Assembly (NCBI GenBank): GCA_030628755.1 | Contig: DAOVQH010000001.1 | Location: 1-27,310, forward strand | Origin: Candidatus Cloacimonadota bacterium | Lineage (GTDB): Bacteria > Cloacimonadota > Cloacimonadia > Cloacimonadales > TCS61 | Direction: 5' to 3' | DNA length: 27,310 bases | Notes under the pieces: model-generated | What the model saw: the letters and a program-made list of their open reading frames with translations, nothing else | Told to the model about the DNA's origin: nothing | The model's database searches: none | In this document: piece by piece, positions 1-6,889 of the stretch | Position numbering within the stretch: the first letter of the stretch is position 1 | Layout of the letters: each line of letters starts with the position of its first letter | Made by a program: the position numbers and the translations under genes

Positions 1-846
1 GCAGCCGGGAATCTCTCAAAAATATTTGAATCAAAAGTAAAAACAGACGAAACAGTTGTTCAACGATATATGGAACTTACAAAGGGTGATGAATTTACTT
101 ATGAAGACCAGACAGATGTTACAAAAAGAGTAAATATCCAATCAGAGCAAACTCTTTTCAATATCCAATTTGCAGAAAGCTATACGAACGAAATGGGGAG
201 AGTTTTTGTATTGGCTTATCTGAACAGGATGAAAACAGCAGAGATATATGGAGAAAAAATTAACAAGAATACAGAGAGTGTAACTTATTTTACAAAATTG
301 TGCGATGGTTCTGATGACCCGATGATGAAATATGCAGCAATGAGTGCAGCATCAGCGGTTGGTATGAGCAATGAAGTTCTTCTTGAACAGCTTGGAATAA
401 TCTTTCCTACATCAAAAGAAATGCTGGAAATTAACTATAATTACAATGATCTGATGAAGAAAACCGCAGAATTCGCAAAACAGATAAGTTTCAAGATCGA
501 TATCAAAAATGATACGGAGAATAAAATCAGCATACTTGTGGAAGAACTTCTTACTGATCTGGGTTTTGTACTGTCAGATGAAAACCTGTTAAATGTAGAG
601 GGAGAGGTTTTTTTTGAAGAGACTGAACTTCAACGAGAAAGTGAGTTTGTTCGTTATGAATTGAAATTGAAGGTAATTGATTCTGAAAATACAACGATAG
701 TTACTTTATCTGAAAAAGGAAGGGAAGGGCATGTTTCAAAATCTGAAGCACAAGCTCGGGCAGTTCGAACAATTGAAAAGAAGATCAAAAAGACCTTTAA
801 GAAAAAGCTGATAGCATACTTTGATGGGTTGGTGGCAAAAGAATAG
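1..846 (+). CDS. LPP20-family-like lipoprotein, 5'-truncated by the window edge
   Basis: Frame 1 is open from base 1 (AAGNLSKIFESKVKTDETVVQRY then the listed M70), so the ORF-track start is internal. The A-NLSKIFESKV segment and the overall layout resemble LPP20-type lipoproteins (recognition only). Stop TAG at 844-846. Confidence 0.5.
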   Translation, partial: AAGNLSKIFESKVKTDETVVQRYMELTKGDEFTYEDQTDVTKRVNIQSEQTLFNIQFAESYTNEMGRVFVLAYLNRMKTAEIYGEKINKNTESVTYFTKLCDGSDDPMMKYAAMSAASAVGMSNEVLLEQLGIIFPTSKEMLEINYNYNDLMKKTAEFAKQISFKIDIKNDTENKISILVEELLTDLGFVLSDENLLNVEGEVFFEETELQRESEFVRYELKLKVIDSENTTIVTLSEKGREGHVSKSEAQARAVRTIEKKIKKTFKKKLIAYFDGLVAKE

Positions 847-963
847 CACACGGATGACACGGATTTAACGGATTAGCACAGATAAGAAATATAGCTTTTT
901 GTCTTTGTGGTGAATTAAATGAAAATCATATTAAATCATAAAAAATCAGTGTGAATCAGCGTC
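847..963. repeat. CACGGAT/CACAGAT-type short repeat element (tandem left arm, loosely inverted right arm)
   Basis: 847-883 cacacggatgacacggatttaacggattagcacagat (ACGGAT x3). 945-963 atcagtgtgaatcagcgtc is an approximate reverse complement of the left-arm unit. Confidence 0.55.
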
Positions 964-978
964 AAAAAAGGAGAACAG

Positions 979-1395
979 ATGAAATCCTTTCGCAAAGAAC
1001 TCTGGTTCAATACTCCAAACAGAAGACAGCTTATTAATATCACTCCTCAGGTAGAGGAATGTCTTGTTGAAAGTGGGGTAAAGGAAGGTATTTGCCTTGT
1101 TAATGCCATGCACATCACAGCAAGTGTGTTTATAAATGATGATGAAATAGGTCTCCACAATGATTTTGAAAAATGGCTGGAGAAACTGGCACCGGAAAAA
1201 CCATATTCACAATACCAGCACAATAGGTTTGAAGACAATGCTGATGCTCATCTAAAAAGAACAATTATGGGCAGGGAAGTAGTTGTGGCTATCACGAATG
1301 GCAGGTTGGACTTCGGACCCTGGGAACAGATATTTTATGGTGAATTTGATGGAAAACGTAAAAAACGAGTTCTAATAAAGATTATTGGAGAATAA
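979..1395 (+). CDS. yjbQ: YjbQ/UPF0047 family protein (secondary thiamine-phosphate synthase family)
   Basis: Motifs [43 protein letters not shown] upstream. Confidence 0.93.
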   Translation: MKSFRKELWFNTPNRRQLINITPQVEECLVESGVKEGICLVNAMHITASVFINDDEIGLHNDFEKWLEKLAPEKPYSQYQHNRFEDNADAHLKRTIMGREVVVAITNGRLDFGPWEQIFYGEFDGKRKKRVLIKIIGE

Positions 1396-1502
1396 AACAG
1401 GAGAACTTCCAGAATAACCCGGGAAAAGATAAGACTATCTGGGGTGATTCGCGGGAAAAAAAGGAAGAAAGAATTTAAGAATAAATTATAATAAATCAAA
1501 AT

Positions 1503-2039
1503 TTATCTTTTATGTTTCTTTTTCCATAAACGGCGTTGTTGTCTATTTAGACCAGAATGTTTCAAATTATAATCATTAACAAGAGGATTAAAATCAATTT
1601 CAGCTAAAGAAGGAAGACAAAAAGATAAAGTTGTTTTATTGTTCTTATTTGTTATTGCAAAATCACCGAGTCCAATAATATCCATGCCAATGAGCATTTT
1701 AAAATCACTTGAAAGTGCGCTACATTCAGTTACTTTAAGAGCTTTAACGACTACTTTATTTGGTAAATAAATATCTAATAAATATGTATCCTCAATTGAT
1801 GTGGAATTTACTCCCTTAACAGTAACTTTTCCAACAGGCTTTAATTTTAAATTTGTAGCTAAAGCTTTTGTTATTGTTGTATTTGTTGCTCCAGTATCCC
1901 AAATAGCTTTAATTTTATGTATGGTCTCTTTTTGATTACTATGTATAGTTGGTAGAGAAATACCAAGATCAGTGAAAATAACATTAATTTTATTACTATA
2001 TCTTGTTGTAAAAGAATGTAATTGTTTAGGTTCTGTCAT
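1503..2039 (-). CDS. Retropepsin-like (clan AA) single-domain aspartic protease with a basic C-terminal tail
   Basis: AIWDTGATNT catalytic motif and LIGMDII (psi-psi-G-x-D) motif. No signal peptide. The ATG overlaps the upstream stop (TGATG). Confidence 0.85.
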   Translation of the reverse strand: MTEPKQLHSFTTRYSNKINVIFTDLGISLPTIHSNQKETIHKIKAIWDTGATNTTITKALATNLKLKPVGKVTVKGVNSTSIEDTYLLDIYLPNKVVVKALKVTECSALSSDFKMLIGMDIIGLGDFAITNKNNKTTLSFCLPSLAEIDFNPLVNDYNLKHSGLNRQQRRLWKKKHKR

Positions 2040-2275
2040 CAGCTAAAAACTGCTCGTGAATGAAACATTTGGGGCTGAACTTTTTTTTCAGGAATACAAT
2101 ATTGAATTAAAAAAGATCCAAGTTCATATAATTTAATACTATTCGTATAGGCATCAATTTCTGTATCATATGAACCAACAACTTCTTCACCAACAATAAC
2201 GATGTATTTTCCTTTATATTTTTTCAGTAAAGCACTAAGATTTTTAATATAAAAATCATATTCTCTCTCTAACAT
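2039..2275 (-). CDS. Small DUF5678-like protein (78 aa)
   Basis: LLKKYKGKYIVIVGEEVVGSYDTEIDAY pattern resembles DUF5678. Start moved from TTG 2287 to ATG 2275, which follows a GGGGG RBS at 2281-2285. Confidence 0.7.
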   Translation of the reverse strand: MLEREYDFYIKNLSALLKKYKGKYIVIVGEEVVGSYDTEIDAYTNSIKLYELGSFLIQYCIPEKKVQPQMFHSRAVFS

Positions 2276-2298
2276 ATTTACCCCCAATTACAATTTAT

Positions 2299-2336
2299 AA
2301 TTTAAATATTTCTTTTTATGCGTCAATACTTTTTTA
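2299..2336 (-). promoter_or_regulatory. Putative sigma70-type promoter for the DUF5678-protease pair
   Basis: Minus strand: A-tract, TTGACG (2326-2321), 16-nt spacer, TAAATT (2304-2299), about 25 nt before the ATG. Confidence 0.35.
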
Positions 2337-2473
2337 TTATACTTTTGAAATTAGTTACCTTTTAATGAATTGCAATTTAATTAAAATAAAATCATAATAG
2401 AATAAAGAAGTCGTCCCGATAATCTAATATGACAGTACGATCTCATGTTTTATGACAAACTGCTTACCCACTT

Positions 2474-3618
2474 TCATATCATTATTTTCATGTCGATTAA
2501 TATCATCGACTCATTTTTTATTGGTACTCTGAAAAGATAATTATAATCATTGTAAGAACCTCCGAAGGCTATACCGACTCTTCCAAGTATATTTTCGAAA
2601 GACAACTTCCAGGAATACCCGAGTAATGCTTCATCAAAAATACATTTCGAGTATGATGAACCCAATTTAAAGAAATGTAAAAATCTTTTTTATCGTAAAC
2701 AGGTTTACCTGTGTACTTATCTTTAAAGACAAACAATGTCATATCCATTTGAGCATAACTCAGATCGTTCCATTTGTCTTTCTTATAAATATCCCAGAAC
2801 AGATCGAACTTGAATGGTAAAAAGCTTATTAACTTGTCATTTTTATATTGGAAACCGGTCTGAACGGTTTTTTAATGTTTATAATAATTTAGACCAAGTT
2901 CAAATTCTCCGTATCGCTTATTTTTAAGTTCTTTATTTATTTCAAACAGATTAATTGAACTTTCCTTAAATTCATAAAGTGTTCTTACTTCATATCCGTA
3001 TGCAGTTCCATTCAAAAAAAGTTCTGTCTGTTCTTCGTATGTTCTCCATTCCTCTATAGGTGGTTCATCAAAATAAGGAATGCTGAAAACTTGATTACCC
3101 AGACTATCTAATGTAATATAAGGTGTTTGTTGGATCAATGCTCCAATGGTGACATCGATATCTTTATTGAATTCCAGATGAACAGCAATTATATATTTTC
3201 TGCTTTTCCAACCATATAAATCACCATAGAGACTATCTACAGAGGTGAGTTCCAGATGAATATTTTCATCAATCTGAAGGTCAATTCCATTTACAAATGC
3301 CAAGAAGCCAAACGATAAAGAATCTCTGGGTTGCCATTTCCAATATAATGCCATATCCATTTGTATGGGACCAACTGTAATATCACCCAGGGTTGTGGGA
3401 ATAATATAATTGTCCCAGAATGTTTGAACAGACCTGGCATCGAACAGGAACTTCGGTTCGTAATTATCTATTAAAGTGTTGTAATACTGATATGTATCCA
3501 TGATATTTATAGAAGTTTTTGCCATCCATTCAAAACTATCAGGTGTAATCTGGCCTTTTTGTGCAAAAGATTGATTAATAGAAATTAAGATTATTAAAAT
3601 AATGAATATGGATTTCAT
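2474..3618 (-). pseudogene. Disrupted exported beta-strand-rich protein (possible outer-membrane barrel), about 381 codons if repaired
   Basis: Signal-peptide-like start MKSIFIILIILISINQSFAQ with a GAGG RBS. After the TAA at 2874-2872 the same frame continues KTVQTGFQYKNDKLISFLPFKFDLFWDIYKKDKWNDLSYAQMDMTLFVFKDKYTGKPVYDKK. A -1 shift near the A6/T5 runs (about 2675-2694) joins the 2474..2665 frame ending ...MILIDMKIMI*. Confidence 0.7.
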
Positions 3619-3656
3619 TTATACCTCATATAAGGACAATTCCACTTTTTTCTCCT

Positions 3657-3724
3657 GTCATTCCCAACTCGATTGGGAATCTATTTTCTTTATGTTCATG
3701 GATTCCCGCTTTCGCGGGAATGAC
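3657..3724. repeat. Inverted doublet of GTCATTCCC...GGGAAT REP/dRS3-like palindromes
   Basis: gtcattcccaactcgattgggaatcta (3657-3683) and tggattcccgctttcgcgggaatgac (3699-3724). Each has an 8-bp stem. Confidence 0.85.
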
Positions 3725-3735
3725 ATTATTCTGCT

Positions 3736-3760
3736 CATCACGAAAGTCTCTTTCGTAATG
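3736..3760. repeat. Palindromic element CATCACGAAAG-tct-CTTTCGTAATG
   Basis: 10/11 inverted match. On the minus strand it resembles the CATTCCCAAAG...CTTTGGGAACGAG family at 15239-15302. Confidence 0.65.
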
Positions 3761-3870
3761 CAATTCAAACCCCCTTTAACCTTGCTACGCCAAAGTGGCT
3801 ACTCGATTCGTTGATTCATAAGGTTGCTAAAAACTGAACTCAACGATAACATAGTTTACAAGTTTAAGTT

Positions 3871-3936
3871 CCCTCTCCCGTTTATGGGAGAGGGTTCTGC
3901 CTTCGCCAAGGCTATGGCAAGACAAGCAGAGTGATG
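3871..3936. repeat. CCCTCTCCC-N6-GGGAGAGGG palindrome whose tail carries a CCTTCGC...GACAAG insert
   Basis: Perfect 9-bp stem 3871-3879/3886-3894. Insert at about 3897-3927. Confidence 0.8.
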
Positions 3937-3937
3937 G

Positions 3938-6808
3938 TTACTTTATCAAAATCATCTTCTTAACTTTTTCGTAATTACCCGCTTTCAATTTATAGAAATA
4001 GATTCCTGAACTGACTCGATTTCCATTGGAATCTCTACCATCCCAAATAGCATAGTGCTCTCCTGCTGAAAGCTGACCGGCTGAACTGCTGACAAGCTGT
4101 TTCACCTTCTGTCCCTTAATATTGTATATTTTAAGCTCTACATCACTGCTTTCTGGTATATAATAACTAATCACTGTTTTAGGACTGCGTCCGGCACCTG
4201 ACGGATTGAATGGGTTTGGATAGTTCTGGTAAAGTCTTGCTCTGGCAATTTCTGCTGATGGGAGTAATGGTTCTTCAACATTGGTGACTGTATGACAACA
4301 TGTGAAGATAACTTCCCTGGTTTCTCCTATCACAAGGTCAGGGTCTCCATTATTCCAGATATTAAGTAGAACGAAGTTATCTGTAACTACTGCATTATGA
4401 GCATTTGTAGAGATGATTTCAGGGTCAACAATATCAAATGCCGGCAATCCGAAAGCCGGGTTTCCTCCATAATTCCAGGGATGACCATCTTCCAGAATTG
4501 TTATTTTGAATAATACAGTATCGCGATCTGCTGGACCGGGAGTTACTATAAATTCTTCGCTGTAAAAAGGATCCCTGACAGGGAGTAATCTTGCTTCGCC
4601 AGCAGGATCACCATAGAATGCAAACTCGTCTCGTTCATAGGAAATATTTCCCTGGTCAACACCCGGTGTATTATTGATCTGGTCAAAGAGCAATGACTGG
4701 TTACTCAGAAAGGTAGCTTCTGCATAAGTAAATTTATCCTGCTCATGCCATAGGTATTCGTGTACACCTTTTCCATTATAACAATACCCGATAGTTACCA
4801 GATAACCTGTGTATTGATAAGCTCCGGCAGTATGAAACCAGGCAGGTACCATTGAACCCATGTTCTGGATTTTTCCTATGAGACAGGTGTAGGGATTAAA
4901 TACGATCTTGGGATTGATGGAATTCACATCTATATTTGGTCCGGAAAAAGGATCACCATATAATTGACCTGCAGATGATCTGAAGAATCCTTCCTGTCCA
5001 GAAGATGGATAATGGCGCTGCCACTCATTATGGTTTCCATGTCCGGCAGTCATGAATAGATCGATTTCATTTGTATTAAGAAGTGCAACGAGCGTATCCA
5101 CACAGTCAGTGGGTCCAAAAAGTGTATCAATTATTCCATTTTCATATTTGACAACCATGTGATTATATAAGTGACAGGCAAAGTAATAACCTTGTTGTGC
5201 ATAATTCAAAAGACTGCCGCAATCATTGAGTATAATATTTGAGATTGTCATACTGACAGGTCCAGAAGCTACATTAAAAGCATCCTGTGCATCATATCCG
5301 GTTATAACTCCCCAGATTGCATCACCGTATGGATCTTCATCTAAAGCTCTCATCAGCTGGTGTGCAGTATTTATAAAAGTTTTGGATGCATCCAGAGGTT
5401 TAGCCACGAAACCAACGTGAGTTGGATGATATTCTCCTAATTCTGTTTGAACGTCCCATACATTTGTTTCATAGGTGAATACTGTTCCGCTATATTTCAT
5501 CAGTAATGTATCTACAACAGGTGTCCAGTCAGGGTCCTGATATGTGGAATTCTTTACTACCACAGCATAGGTGACAGGTGGTGGTTCTTGATAATAAATC
5601 GTAAAATTGGCGTCTGAAATGTCTTCTGTACAATTATCACATCCATCGAATACTATCACTTTTATCAGGCATTCTTCAGATGGTGTGTTGGGAACTTGCC
5701 AGGAAAAGCTTTGTGGGTTTCCAGTATGCGTGGCAATCAAAGTCCAATCTGCACCATCATTGATAGAATAAAAGACACTGTCTCCAACAACACCAACATT
5801 ATCGTCTGCAATCCATGTTATAGTTTGCCATTCAAATGTTGCCCAATTTTCTCCACCGTTTGGTGAGGTTACGGTAACTGAAGGTGGGGTTGTATCTTCC
5901 ACAATAGAAAAACACCCATCTGATTCATCTGAAGCAGAATTATTGCCCCAATCAAATACAACAACTTTTACCTTACATTCATCTGAAGGTGTATTGGGAA
6001 TTGTCCATGAATAAGTTTGTGGGTCACCTGTCTGAAAGATTATGGGTATCCATGATGTTCCGTTATCGATGGAATAATACAGGCTATCTGCAACAACACC
6101 AACATTATCACTATCTGCCCAGCAGATTTCTTGAATCTCACCTACATACCAGTTCTCTCCTCCATTAGGAATTAAAAGCTCAACTATTGGTGGTATGATA
6201 TCATCTTCTGTAAATAATAGAATATCATCAGCTCTCATCAATCCATAAAATGGACCTCCACTGTTTCCCCTACTATTTGCACCAAATTCTATGCCAGTAA
6301 CCTGACCGGTAGAAAAGCCGACAATGTCATCTAATATGTTTCTCTGCAAATTGTTCCAGGCTGCCTGAGTTCCTCCTGTACAATCAATATATTTGATCAA
6401 ATCTGTAGATTGTGGAATTGTATAATTGTATGTATCAAGCCAGTACTCCACTTGCCTGCCATCAGATAAATGTAAAACTATTTTCTCAAAAGTATAATCA
6501 AGATTACCGCTTCTATCGAAATAGTAATAAAGATCCAGGAAAATAGCAGGAAAATCAATGGTATGGTAAAGACCTGTCCAGCCTCCCCAACCACCAAATT
6601 CCTGGTGATGTTTTGCCTGAGCAGAGTAAACGGAATTATAACCTTCCTCAAAAGACCAGGTACTGGGTGGTGTTTGCAGAGTACCGGTTTGTACCCAATC
6701 ACCCCATTGACCTGATTCCCAATCTTCAAAAAACGTTTGTGCCAGCAAGACCAATGGTAAACAAATAAGCACAAATAAGCTCAAAATAACTCTCATTCTA
6801 ACTTTCAT
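3938..6808 (-). CDS. Secreted multidomain protein: N-terminal beta domain, two tandem PNGGE Ig-like repeats, putative His/Cys clan CD (gingipain/C25-like) peptidase domain, FlgD-Ig/T9SS-like C-terminal domain
   Basis: GGAGG RBS and signal peptide. 102-aa repeats start at 6202 and 5896. LFMTAGHG (His about 590) and FNPYTCLIG (Cys about 642). CTD motifs QNYPNPFNP, IYNIKGQKV, WDGRDSNG, SGIYFYKL. Confidence 0.75.
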   Translation of the reverse strand: MKVRMRVILSLFVLICLPLVLLAQTFFEDWESGQWGDWVQTGTLQTPPSTWSFEEGYNSVYSAQAKHHQEFGGWGGWTGLYHTIDFPAIFLDLYYYFDRSGNLDYTFEKIVLHLSDGRQVEYWLDTYNYTIPQSTDLIKYIDCTGGTQAAWNNLQRNILDDIVGFSTGQVTGIEFGANSRGNSGGPFYGLMRADDILLFTEDDIIPPIVELLIPNGGENWYVGEIQEICWADSDNVGVVADSLYYSIDNGTSWIPIIFQTGDPQTYSWTIPNTPSDECKVKVVVFDWGNNSASDESDGCFSIVEDTTPPSVTVTSPNGGENWATFEWQTITWIADDNVGVVGDSVFYSINDGADWTLIATHTGNPQSFSWQVPNTPSEECLIKVIVFDGCDNCTEDISDANFTIYYQEPPPVTYAVVVKNSTYQDPDWTPVVDTLLMKYSGTVFTYETNVWDVQTELGEYHPTHVGFVAKPLDASKTFINTAHQLMRALDEDPYGDAIWGVITGYDAQDAFNVASGPVSMTISNIILNDCGSLLNYAQQGYYFACHLYNHMVVKYENGIIDTLFGPTDCVDTLVALLNTNEIDLFMTAGHGNHNEWQRHYPSSGQEGFFRSSAGQLYGDPFSGPNIDVNSINPKIVFNPYTCLIGKIQNMGSMVPAWFHTAGAYQYTGYLVTIGYCYNGKGVHEYLWHEQDKFTYAEATFLSNQSLLFDQINNTPGVDQGNISYERDEFAFYGDPAGEARLLPVRDPFYSEEFIVTPGPADRDTVLFKITILEDGHPWNYGGNPAFGLPAFDIVDPEIISTNAHNAVVTDNFVLLNIWNNGDPDLVIGETREVIFTCCHTVTNVEEPLLPSAEIARARLYQNYPNPFNPSGAGRSPKTVISYYIPESSDVELKIYNIKGQKVKQLVSSSAGQLSAGEHYAIWDGRDSNGNRVSSGIYFYKLKAGNYEKVKKMILIK
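5591..6202 (-). repeat. Two tandem 306-nt intragenic repeats encoding Ig-like domains
   Basis: DxxPPxVxxxxPNGGENW...W..DNVGVVxDSxxYSIxxGxxW...PQxxSWxxPNTPSxECxxKVxVFD occurs in both units. Confidence 0.9.
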
Positions 6809-6816
6809 TTTTCCTC

Positions 6817-6855
6817 CTTGTCACGACGTATCAGGCAGCTGCCGGAGAAGCCGGA
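6817..6855 (-). repeat. Variant of the ...GACAAG short element abutting the RBS
   Basis: Minus strand tccggcttctccggcagctgcctgatacgtcgtgacaag, with an internal perfect palindrome ggcagctgcc (6834-6843). Confidence 0.5.
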
Positions 6856-6889
6856 CTGTTTTATTTTATTAATATTTTCCTTCATATTT

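Noticed and set aside
654-1238. Minus-strand ORFs 654..860, 946..1158 and 1047..1238
   Set aside because: Antisense shadows of the lipoprotein and yjbQ genes with no motifs.
3602-3814. 70-aa plus-strand ORF
   Set aside because: Runs through REP-like palindromes and overlaps the start of the opposite-strand gene; no RBS or family signal.
5591-6202. Tandem repeats considered as a DGR template/variable pair
   Set aside because: Both units are in frame in one gene, divergence is not adenine-specific, and no reverse transcriptase is present.
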